Shown in pieces: positions 19,013 through 28,221 of a stretch of DNA of 64,000 nt. A program made the position numbers and the translations under genes. The first letter of the stretch is position 1, and every line of letters begins with the position of its first letter. The notes beneath the pieces were generated by a model that was not told where the DNA came from, ran no database searches, and saw only the letters and a program-made list of their open reading frames with translations. The stretch is from an uncultured Holophagales bacterium (lineage in GTDB: Bacteria; Acidobacteriota; Thermoanaerobaculia; Multivoradales; UBA5704). Location: NCBI GenBank assembly GCA_963842525.1, contig CAWJGT010000006.1, forward strand, positions 160,001 through 224,000, read 5' to 3'.

Positions 19013-19490
19013 GCCCGCCCGCCGGAGGTCGTTCAGGAAGCCCCGGGCCATCTCCAGGGTGATCGTCTCCTTTTCCACGGCTTCGCAGAACAGCTTGACG
19101 GTGACGAAGACCTCACGGGAAACCTTCTGCGCCTGGAACACTGGGGCGAGTTGCCGGGTCAGCTCCTGGACCTCGGCCGTCCGGTCCTGGCTCAGGTAGA
19201 GGACGGCCAGCTCCAGGGATACCAGGGCTGTGTCGTAGGCGATGCCGAGCGCCAGGAAATCTTTACGCACCTGCTGGAAGGCCGCTTCGGCTTCCCGAGC
19301 CTCTCCGCGAACGTTGGCGATCCTTCCGCCCAGCCAGCTCAGGCGTACCAGATCGAGTTGATTCCCGAGCCGGATCGCTTGTTCTCGAACCTCGTCCATC
19401 ATCCTTTCGGCCTCGGCGTGGCGGCCTACTTGGTGCAGGTTCTCCAAGAGGTTGAACCGCAGGCCCCACAGTACCCGCGGCTCGCGAAGT
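19007..19490 (-). pseudogene. 3' fragment of a paralogous TPR protein
   Basis: Closely similar to 17538-17960 (GNQLDLVRL.WLGGRIAN..AYDTALVSLELAVLYL.QDRTAEVQEL); no 5' part visible. Confidence 0.8.
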
Positions 19491-19873
19491 TGCGGGAAGC
19501 GGCCGTGTACAGGCCGGACCGCCAGGGCAGTCTCGAGGTGGGTCCGGGACCGGCTGTGAAAGATGTCGAGAGCCGCGAGCTGAACCTTGACGTCTTCCAC
19601 GAAAGCACCCGTCGAGCGCTCTATGACGTCGTGGTGCGGGACAACTTCACCGAGCGCGCACTCGATCCTGAGGCTGATCCGCCGGAGGTCTGGGTGCCGC
19701 CGTATACCCCGGACGAGGCGCAACTGGAGGTCTTCTTCCTGCTGGGCCGCTGGTTCGCCACCTGGCGGAAGCTGGAGGCGCCGGCCGACGCTCCGGAGCA
19801 CGAGCGACAGGAGCTGCTGCGCCTCGAGCCCCACCGGCATCGACCGGGGGACATCGAATACACGGACGTCTGA
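19490..19873 (+). pseudogene. Hypothetical gene fragment abutting the TPR remnant
   Basis: Protein-like frame (EVFFLLGRWFATWRKL) with no clear start. Confidence 0.3.
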
Positions 19874-20095
19874 ATCCGCGCAACCCCTCCTTTGACCCTC
19901 GCCGATTCCCCCTCCAGGCGGAACTGTGGCAGAATGTGCTGCAACGCCAGCCCAGGCAGGTTTCCAGGCTCGCAGGACTCCGCGAGGGTGTGAAGCAGGT
20001 CACACAACTCCCGTGGAATTCGGCACTTGCACGCCGCGGGAGGAAGGTATAGAGTTCCCGCACTGGTCCATATAGTCATACACGCATTGGGTGGC

Positions 20096-20124
20096 TTGAC
20101 AGGGGTGTAGTTTGCTGCTAGCTT
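20096..20124 (+). promoter_or_regulatory. Sigma70 promoter of pil operon
   Basis: TTGACA-17 bp-TAGCTT with extended TG. Confidence 0.7.
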
Positions 20125-20193
20125 CGAGCGAAGCTTTAAGTACGTTGCGCTAAGTAGGCATCAAAGCTGGATTTTCAGGGGGCTCGAAACGCC

Positions 20194-21263
20194 GTGCTCT
20201 TCTCCCGGTCCAAAAAGGGTGTCGTCGGTCTGGACATTGGCAGCTCGGCGATCAAGCTGGTCGAGCTCCGCGAGCGCAAGGGGGAGTACCACCTCCAGCG
20301 CCTCGGGGTGGAGCCGCTGTCGCCGGAGGCGATCGTGGACGGCTCGATCATGGACTCGTCCCTGGTGGTCGACGCGATTCACCGCCTGAACGACCAGACC
20401 AAGGTCAAGAACACCTCCTATGCAACGTCGCTGTCGGGTCACTCGGTGATCATCAAGAAGATCCAGCTCCCGGCCATGCCGCAGGAGGAGCTGCGCCGAG
20501 TCGATCCAGTGGGAGGCCGAGCAGTACATCCCCTTCGACATCAACGACGTGCGCCTCGACTACGAGGTGCTCGAAGCGGGCGAGCCCCGGGCGGGACAAC
20601 ATGGAGGTGCTGCTCGTCGCGGTCAAACGCGACAAGGTCAACGACTACGTGTCGGTGATCAGCCAGACGGGCAAGACGCCGACGATCGTCGACGTCGACG
20701 TCTTCGCGGTGCAGAACGCCTACGAGGCCAACTACGACCTCGATCCGCGCAAGGTCGGTGGCGCTGATCAACATGGGCGCCGGGGTGACCAACATCAACA
20801 TCATCGCCCGCGGCCAGACGGTCTTCTGGCGCGACATCTCCTTCGGCGGCAATCAGTTCACGGAGGCGCTGCAGCGCGAGTTCAATCTCTCCTTCGCGCA
20901 GGCCGAGGCGCTCAAGCAGGGCGAGGCGGTGGATCGCTACAGCCCGGCGGACGCGCAGGCCGGTGCTCGACACGGTCTCGGCCGAGATGGCGTCGGAGAT
21001 CCGCAAGACCTTCGACTTCTTCTCGGCGACCTCGTCGGAGGGGCCGGTCGACGAGCTGGTGCTCTCGGGCGGCTGCGCCCTGACGCCCAACCTGCTGCAG
21101 GTGCTGCGGGACCGCTTCGAGGTGCCGACGGAGCTGATGAATCCGCTGCGGCGGATCAAGTATCAAGGAGAGCGACTTCGACGCCGACTGGCTGCAGTCG
21201 ATCGCTCCGATGATGGCGGTCGCTGTGGGGCTCGGCATCCGCAAGGTAGGGGATTGCCGATGA
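20194..21263 (+). CDS. pilM: Type IV pilus assembly protein PilM (about 5 frameshifts)
   Basis: VGLDIGSSAIKLVEL; other frames give EQYIPFDI, INMGAGVT, GGNQFT, LSGGCA. Confidence 0.88.
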
Positions 21264-21897
21264 CAAGATCAACCTGCTCGCCGAGGGCAAGCGCTCGGTG
21301 GCGGTGCGCAAGGTCAAGCCCGCGGCCCTGCTCGAGGGGAAGGACATCGGGCAGTGGCTGCTCGCCGCCGGCTTCCTGCTGGCGGCTCCTGATCACCGTG
21401 CTCTACTGGTGGCAGGTCGACGGCCAGGTCAAGGCGCAGCAGCAGCAGATCGACGACGCCAACCGGGAGGTGGAGGCCCTCGCCTCGGTGATCAAGGAGG
21501 TCGAGGACTACAAGGCCAAGAAGTCCGAGCTGGAGCGCAAGATCGGCATCATCAACGACTTGAAGCTCAACCAGCGTGGCCCCGTGCGGGTGATGGACTA
21601 CATCTCCCGCGCTCTGCCCGAGCTGCTCTGGATCGACCGGATGCGGATGGACGCCTCCTCGATCGAGATCGAGGGGCGGGCGTTCAACACCAACGCCGTG
21701 GCCAATTTCATCGAGAACCTGGACAAGGTCCCCGAGTTCGAGGAGCCGACGCTCCGGACGACGGAGGAGCAGGGCAGCGGCATCTACAAGTTCGTCATCA
21801 CGTTCAACTACTCGTTCGCTCCGCTCAAAGAGTCCGGAGAGGCGGGCGCTCGCGGCACCGGCGGACGGTCCGGCAGCCGCTGTCGACGTCTGGGTAG
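21260..21897 (+). CDS. pilN: PilN (frameshifted)
   Basis: KINLL start after indel repair, TM helix, coiled coil, LPELLWI, VANFIENL. Confidence 0.82.
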
Positions 21898-21910
21898 GGA
21901 GGTATTCCCG

Positions 21911-22585
21911 GTGGCGATCAAGACCGGACTGGAAGGCAAGCCCTGGTACTACGGCGCCGCGATCGGCGTCGTGGCGGGCGGCGTGATCTTCGGGCTCGGC
22001 CTACTGGCGTTTCATCCAGCCGATGAAGGACCAGTTGGCGCAGGGCGAGCTGACGCTGGCGGAGCTGCAGACCAAGATCCAGGAAGGGCGGGCCGCCAAG
22101 CGCAGCTCCCGAAGTTCCGCGAGGAGGTGCGCCAGCTCGAGCTGGAGCTCGACAAGCTGCTGCGCATCCTGCCGGCGCGGCGCAACACGCCCGACCTCCT
22201 GCGCCGCATCCGCCCCTGGCCGAGCAGGGGGACTTCACGCTCAAGACGTTCACTCCCGGCGAGCTCCAGGACAAGGAGTTCTTCAGCGAGTGGCCGATCC
22301 GCATCAATCTCGACGGCAGCGTACCACAACCTGGCGCTGTTCTTCGACCGCATCAGCCGCTTCTCGCGCATCATCAACATCGAGGATCTGAGCATCGGTG
22401 CGATCAACGAAGGCCCCGAGCACACGATCGCCGCCAGCTTCTCCGCCAAGACGTTCGTCTACAAGGAGCCCGAGCCCGCGGCTCCCGCCACGACCGGCGG
22501 CCCGGCTGGAGGGCCCGCACCGGGCAGTCCCGCGTCGCGTGCCCTCTCGGGTGGCGGCGGCGACGTTGGAGGAGAAGGCCCATGA
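21911..22585 (+). CDS. pilO: PilO (frameshifted)
   Basis: TM helix, coiled coil, RILP..TPDLL, YHNLALFFDRISRFSRIINIEDL. Confidence 0.85.
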   Translation: MAIKTGLEGKPWYYGAAIGVVAGGVIFGLGLLAFHPADEGPVGAGRADAGGAADQDPGRAGRQAQLPKFREEVRQLELELDKLLRILPARRNTPDLLRRIRPWPSRGTSRSRRSLPASSRTRSSSASGRSASISTAAYHNLALFFDRISRFSRIINIEDLSIGAINEGPEHTIAASFSAKTFVYKEPEPAAPATTGGPAGGPAPGSPASRALSGGGGDVGGEGP

Positions 22586-23122
22586 GCCCGCAAACGCTCA
22601 AGGCCGCCGGCCTGCTCGCCCCGCTGCTGGCCGTGGCCCTGCTCACCCTGCTGCCCGGCGGATGGCTCGCCGCCCAGCCGCCGCCTCCGGCGCCGGCGCC
22701 CGGCCCGGAGGAAACGGCGCCCAACGGGTCCCGACATCGACCAGATCCTCGAAGGCGAGGAGGAGGTCCTGTCGGGATCCGGCGGCTTCACCTATGACCC
22801 CGGCAACCGCCGCGACCCATTCAAGTCGCTGCTCAGCGGACCGGAGCGCCCCCAGCTTCGCGGCCCCCGCCCGGAAGGGATCCCGGGCCTGTTGATCGAC
22901 GAGATCGACCTCAAGGGGATCTGGCGGACCCCCAAGGGATTCGTGGTCCAGGTGCTGGCGGCGAACCAGAAGAAGACATACCTGCTCAAGGAAGGCGACC
23001 AGCTCTACGACGGCGACGTCGTGAGCATCAACAAGAAAGAGGTCGTCTTCAAGCAGATCGTTCAGGATCCGACGGCTCTCAAGCCGTTTCGCGAGGTGGT
23101 CAAGACTCTGAACCCGTCTTGA
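22582..23122 (+). CDS. pilP: PilP-like protein (frameshift near 22730)
   Basis: Signal peptide; YDPGNRRDPF, LKGIW, LKEGDQLYDG; between pilO and pilQ. Confidence 0.7.
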
Positions 23123-23161
23123 CGGGGTTTTCCTGCAGTCCCGTCGAGGGAGGCGAGTGCC

Positions 23162-25714
23162 ATGGGAGATGTGGTCAACAGAAGAGAGGGCGATGCGTGG
23201 CGAGGCTGGACGGCCGCGCTGGCGATAACGTCCCTGGTGTTGGGTTTTGCCTGCACCTCGTCGAAGCCGGCCAAGGTGGTCGAGGCGGCTCCGGCCGAGG
23301 CGGCCAGGCCCGCAGCGGACGAGAAGCCCGCCACCGCTGCGGCCGAAATCCGCTCCCTGGAGCTGCGGGAGGGCGCTCCGGAGGTGTTCGTGGACCTCGA
23401 GTCCAGCGCTCCTCTGGTGTGGACGAGCTTCCGCAACGCCGACGGCCAGGTGGTCGTGGAGCTGCCCAACGCGCTGCCGGGAGCCGGTGTCTCCGACCTC
23501 GCGCCCGTCGAAGGGCTGGTCGCCTCGCTCCAGGTGCAGCGCGCCCAGGAGGGGACCCGCCCCATGACGCGGCTGGTCATCGGCACGCGGCACGAGGTGG
23601 AGCACTCGATCACCGCCGAGGCCAACAGGCTCCAGGTCCGGCTGCAGCCGGTCGGCGAGCAGGCCGCCCTCGACCAGGCGACGCAGGCGACGCCGGAGCC
23701 GATGGCGGCCGAGAGCCCGGCCCCGCCCGCGGCCCCAGGCCTGATCGATGAGCCGGCGGCCTCTCCTGCTCAGGAGGCTCCGGCCGAGGCCTCGTCGCCC
23801 GGCACTCTCGAGGAGCCCCGCATGGCGCCCGTCACCTCGGGCGAGGCCGCGACGCGTCTCGACGGCATCGAGGTCCTCGCCTCCCAGGGCAGCTCGGTGG
23901 TCCGCATCTCCGGCGACGGCGCGCTCCCGTACTCCACCTTCGCCCTGGCCGAGCCCGAGCGCTTCGTCATCGACCTGAACGGCGTGATCAACCGCAGCGC
24001 GCGCACGACGGTGAACGTCGAGGGCGGCATCGTCGAACGGGTCCGCGTGGCGCAGTTCAAGCCTTATCCGAAGCCGGTCTCGCGCGTGGTCTTCGACCTC
24101 CGGTCGCGGGTGGTGCCGGTCATCGAGCGCACCTCCGACGCCCTGGTCGTGAGCTTCCCGTCCGGCAGTGACGCCGCGGCGGAGGCGCCGATTTCCGAGC
24201 CGGCCCGGGACGAGCTGAGACCGCCGGAGAGGCCCGCCCCGACTCCGCCGCCGGCCTCGGACCTGGACCTCGCGCCCCGCACCGGGACGACGATGCTCGC
24301 CCAGCGCAATCCGTCGGGCATCGAGGTCGAAGAGGCGCCCGCGGCGCCGCCGTCGTCCGCTCCGCCGCAGGTCCAGATCACACCCGCCGGGCCGGCGCCC
24401 GCCGGCGGCTCGCGGCGGGAGGTGACTCCCACCGGCGCCAGCTCGGGCACGGTCCTGGAGACCTTCCAGCCGCAGGCCCTCGGCCAGACGGAGAAGGTCT
24501 ACAAGGGCGAGCTGATCGACCTCAAGGTCACCAATGCCGACGTCACCGAGGTGCTGCGCACCTTCGCCCAGATCGGCGGGCTCAACATGGTGATCCAGCC
24601 CGGCGTCTCCGGCCAGGTGACCGCGGAGCTCGACAACGTGCCCTGGGACCAGGCCCTCGAGCAGATCCTCAAGATCAACGGCCTGTCCTATGAGCTCGAG
24701 GGCAACATGATGCGCGTCGCGCCGGTCTCCGTGCTCCGGCAGGAGGCGCAGGAGAAGCAGCAGCTCGCGGCGGCGCAGGCGCTGTCCATCCCGTTGCGCA
24801 CCATCTTGCGGCGCCTGAGCTATGCCGACGCGGGAGAGATCTCGGGCCTGCTTTCGGGTCAGGGCGGGCTGCTCTCGCAGCGCGGCAGCGTCATCGTCGA
24901 CGCCCGGACGAACAGCCTGATCGTCAAGGAGCTGCCGGGCTTCATCGACACCGTGATGTCGGTCATCGACCGGCTCGACACGCCCGAGCCGCAGGTCATG
25001 ATCGAGGCGCGGATCATCGAGACCACCAAGCGGTTCACCCGCGACTTCGGCATCCAGTGGGGCTTCGAAGGGGTGGCCGACGCGGCGCACGGCAATACCA
25101 CCGGCCTCATCTTCCCCAACAACATCAACGGCACCGGCGGGGTCAACGCGCCCGGCGGCGGCAACACCGGCAGCATCAACCTGCGGCTGGGCAACGTCCT
25201 CAACACCTTCCAGCTCGACATCGCCCTCCAGGCGGCGGAGAGCGAGGGGTTGATCAACATCCTCTCCGCCCCCAAGGTGGCGACCCTCAACAACCAGCAG
25301 GCGTCCATCCAGAGCGGTCTCCAGATCCCGATCCAGACCGTCGCCAACAACACGGTGACCGTGCAGTACGTCAACGCGACGCTGCGGCTGGACGTGACGC
25401 CGCAGGTGACCGCCGAGGGTACGGTGCTGATGACCATCGCCATCACCAAGCGCGAGCCGCAGCTCGCCTTCCTGGTGCCGGGCGCGACCAACGCGCCGAT
25501 CGCCACCAAGGAGGCCAGCACGCGCCTGCTCGTGCGCGACGGCGGCACGGCCGTGATCGGCGGCATCTACCGGGTGACGTCCGATTCGGGCGAGGATCGC
25601 GTGCCGGGGCTGGCGAACATTCCGATCATCGGCCATCTGTTCAAGAACAAGACGCGGAGTGAAGAGAACGAAGAGCTGTTGATCTTCATCACCCCGCGGG
25701 TGATCAAAATCTAG
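23162..25714 (+). CDS. pilQ: Type IV pilus secretin PilQ with AMIN domains
   Basis: VPWDQALE, QVMIEARI, LSAPKV, VPGLANIPIIGHLFK, ELLIFITPRV; lipobox-like GFAC. Confidence 0.95.
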   Translation: MGDVVNRREGDAWRGWTAALAITSLVLGFACTSSKPAKVVEAAPAEAARPAADEKPATAAAEIRSLELREGAPEVFVDLESSAPLVWTSFRNADGQVVVELPNALPGAGVSDLAPVEGLVASLQVQRAQEGTRPMTRLVIGTRHEVEHSITAEANRLQVRLQPVGEQAALDQATQATPEPMAAESPAPPAAPGLIDEPAASPAQEAPAEASSPGTLEEPRMAPVTSGEAATRLDGIEVLASQGSSVVRISGDGALPYSTFALAEPERFVIDLNGVINRSARTTVNVEGGIVERVRVAQFKPYPKPVSRVVFDLRSRVVPVIERTSDALVVSFPSGSDAAAEAPISEPARDELRPPERPAPTPPPASDLDLAPRTGTTMLAQRNPSGIEVEEAPAAPPSSAPPQVQITPAGPAPAGGSRREVTPTGASSGTVLETFQPQALGQTEKVYKGELIDLKVTNADVTEVLRTFAQIGGLNMVIQPGVSGQVTAELDNVPWDQALEQILKINGLSYELEGNMMRVAPVSVLRQEAQEKQQLAAAQALSIPLRTILRRLSYADAGEISGLLSGQGGLLSQRGSVIVDARTNSLIVKELPGFIDTVMSVIDRLDTPEPQVMIEARIIETTKRFTRDFGIQWGFEGVADAAHGNTTGLIFPNNINGTGGVNAPGGGNTGSINLRLGNVLNTFQLDIALQAAESEGLINILSAPKVATLNNQQASIQSGLQIPIQTVANNTVTVQYVNATLRLDVTPQVTAEGTVLMTIAITKREPQLAFLVPGATNAPIATKEASTRLLVRDGGTAVIGGIYRVTSDSGEDRVPGLANIPIIGHLFKNKTRSEENEELLIFITPRVIKI

Positions 25715-25728
25715 GCGTGGAGCGATCA

Positions 25729-26268
25729 ATGACACGCAAGCTGACCATTCCGTTCGCCATCTTCCTCCTGGCCGCCGCCCTTGCCGGATGCCGTTCGGAG
25801 ACGGACCGCAGCGAGGGGGCGGTCCTCCTCTCGGTGACCGACTTCGACGAGCTCCCGGTCGAGGTCTCCGTCACCCAGGGACCCTTCTCGATCGGCCAGA
25901 TCCAGGTCCGCAACATCCCCAAGGACCCGGCGGGCAATCTGAGCGACCTCCAGTCGGTGGAGATCCGCTCGTACGAGATCGCATGGGTCCGCCGGGACAC
26001 GGGACGCCGGTTGCCGCCGGTGCTGGTGCAGTCCCTCTTCGGGCTCATCGCGCCGAACGGCACGACCACGTTCGACAACCTGCCGCTCCTGACCTCGGAT
26101 CAGATCTTCAACCCGCCGCTCTCGGACCTGGCCCGCACCGGGATCGACTCCGAGACAGGAAGCCGGCTGATCGTCCTGGATGCGCGGCTTCGTTTCTTTG
26201 GTCGCACTTTGTCCGGGGACGACATCGTCAGCGCCCCGGCCGCGTTTACGATTGAGGTGGTGCCATGA
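25729..26268 (+). CDS. Hypothetical lipoprotein
   Basis: LAGC lipobox, beta-rich body. Confidence 0.75.
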   Translation: MTRKLTIPFAIFLLAAALAGCRSETDRSEGAVLLSVTDFDELPVEVSVTQGPFSIGQIQVRNIPKDPAGNLSDLQSVEIRSYEIAWVRRDTGRRLPPVLVQSLFGLIAPNGTTTFDNLPLLTSDQIFNPPLSDLARTGIDSETGSRLIVLDARLRFFGRTLSGDDIVSAPAAFTIEVVP

Positions 26269-28136
26269 ACACTTTGAAGAAATGTTCCTTTGTGCTGCTG
26301 CTCGGCATGGTGCTCGCCTTCGCCGGAGGCTGTCAGTCCGATTCTCCGACCGAGCCGTCCGGAGGCACGCCGACGACGCCGCTGCCGCCGCTCCCGGTCG
26401 TCTCCACCACGGTCTCGGTGTCGGCCAATCCCCCCCAGGCGACGACGGGGAGCGAAACTCCGATCACCATCACCGTGGACGTGCGCCGCAGTGACGGCAC
26501 GGTGCCGGCGGACCAGACCCCGGTCACGCTGACCACGACCCTCGGCGAGTTCGGCAGCCTCGGCAGCGGCCAGACGACCACCACCGTGCAGCTCGTCAAC
26601 GGCCGTGCCCAGACGGTGCTGTTCCCGGGCACCGCCGTCGGCCAGGCCATCGTCCGCGCCGAGATCGCCGGCGGCTTCTCGGGCTTCACGAACATCCCGA
26701 TCGGACAGGGGGCCACGTTCTTCGTCGCCTCGATCAACCCGTCGATCGGCAACCCGCAGGGCGGCGAGGAGGTGACGATCGAGGGCGGTGGTTTCGAAAC
26801 CCCCGTCAGGGTCACCTTCAACGGCGCCACGGCGCAGGTGCTGTCGGTCACCCCGACCCGGATCCGGATCCGGACGCCGACCGCGGCCGCGGCGGGCGTC
26901 ACCGTCCCCGTGGGCGAGACACGGCCGGTGAGCGTGACGGTGCAGATCAACGTCAACGAGGCGACCCAGGCGGCTGACACGCTGGCCAACGGCTTCACCT
27001 ACACGCAGGGCGGCGGCATCCTGCAGCCGCAGGTCTTCTCGGTGACTCCGTCCTCGGGGAGCAACGACGGCGGCACGACGGTCCAGATCCTCGGCGACGG
27101 CTTCGAGGCGCCGCTGCAGGTGTTCTTCGGCCAGGGCACCTCGGCGACCACCTTCAACGGCGTCGAGGCCACGATCGTGTCGGTCACCCGGACCCGGATC
27201 ACGGCGATCACGCCGGCGGCACGCGGCTTCGGGCAGGCGAACCTGAACCAGCAGGTGAACGTCCTGGTGAAGAACGTGAACACCGGGTTCAGCAACGTCG
27301 GCTCGCAGCTCTTCAAATACGGCACGCAGGTCCTCATCACCTCGATGGGGCCTGGCTCCGGTTCCTACCTCGGCGGCACCCACGTGACGATCCACGGCCA
27401 GGGCTTCGACGGGCCCGTGGCGGTCAGCCTGGGCGGCGTCGGCCAGTTCGTGGTCTCGGTCACCGGGACGGAGATCGTCTTCCGCACGACCGGCGTTCCG
27501 GTCACCCAGTGCCCGGCCAACGGCGTCATCACGGTGACCGGGGTCGGCGTGACCAACATCGAGACCGGGGACGGCGCGACCGCCCAGCTCGGCTTCAACT
27601 TCGTCGTGCCGCTGCCGCTGATCTTCGGGGTCAACCCGCAGATCGGAAGCGTCGGCTCCTCGACGACGATCTCCGGGCAGAACTTCGCGCAGAACGTGCA
27701 GGTGCTGTTCGGCGATGCAACCACAGGCAGCTCGGCAGCCATTACGAGCCGGACGTTCTCCGACACGACCGACACGATTACAGTGACTGTCCCGACGCCG
27801 CCCTCCACCTTCACCTTCACCACCGAGCCGTGCGACGGCAACGGCGACGGCATCGCCGGCGGGACGCGCAATGTCCCGACTCCGATCACCGTCAACGTGC
27901 GCAACCTGGACGGCACCGGCTGCGCGGCCACGCTGAGCAATGCGTTCACCCTCAACCCGCAGAACACGACCTGCACGGGCGACACCAGCGTGCCGCCGCC
28001 GGCTCCGCAGTGCTCGGACGGCGTCGACAACGACTCGGATGGTTTCATCGACCACTCCAGCGTCAATCCTGCCGGTCCTCCGAACGGAGATCCGGACCCG
28101 GGGTGCAGCAGCCCGACGGACAACAGCGAGGGATAA
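26265..28136 (+). CDS. Lipoprotein with Ig-like and IPT/TIG domains and C-terminal CxDGxDNDxDG motif
   Basis: AGGC lipobox; repeated P..G...GG..VTI.G.GF; CSDGVDNDSDGFID..DPGC. Confidence 0.85.
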   Translation: MNTLKKCSFVLLLGMVLAFAGGCQSDSPTEPSGGTPTTPLPPLPVVSTTVSVSANPPQATTGSETPITITVDVRRSDGTVPADQTPVTLTTTLGEFGSLGSGQTTTTVQLVNGRAQTVLFPGTAVGQAIVRAEIAGGFSGFTNIPIGQGATFFVASINPSIGNPQGGEEVTIEGGGFETPVRVTFNGATAQVLSVTPTRIRIRTPTAAAAGVTVPVGETRPVSVTVQINVNEATQAADTLANGFTYTQGGGILQPQVFSVTPSSGSNDGGTTVQILGDGFEAPLQVFFGQGTSATTFNGVEATIVSVTRTRITAITPAARGFGQANLNQQVNVLVKNVNTGFSNVGSQLFKYGTQVLITSMGPGSGSYLGGTHVTIHGQGFDGPVAVSLGGVGQFVVSVTGTEIVFRTTGVPVTQCPANGVITVTGVGVTNIETGDGATAQLGFNFVVPLPLIFGVNPQIGSVGSSTTISGQNFAQNVQVLFGDATTGSSAAITSRTFSDTTDTITVTVPTPPSTFTFTTEPCDGNGDGIAGGTRNVPTPITVNVRNLDGTGCAATLSNAFTLNPQNTTCTGDTSVPPPAPQCSDGVDNDSDGFIDHSSVNPAGPPNGDPDPGCSSPTDNSEG

Positions 28137-28186
28137 TCGAATGCAGGCATGAGGGCGCGGCGTGGCCCGCGCCCTTGAAGTCTTCG

Positions 28187-28220
28187 AGGGCGGTTGCCGG
28201 AGGCAGCCGCCCTTTTGTTT
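28187..28220 (+). terminator. Intrinsic terminator between convergent genes
   Basis: AGGGCGGTTGCC-GGA-GGCAGCCGCCCT then T-rich tail. Confidence 0.7.
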
Positions 28221-28221
28221 C

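Noticed and set aside
20194-23122. Programmed frameshifting or phase variation in pil genes
   Set aside because: Too many indels, mostly outside slippery or repeat tracts
22643-25735. 1030-aa minus-strand ORF and similar long antisense ORFs (10800, 14222, 35283, 52710)
   Set aside because: Shadow frames of recognised high-GC genes
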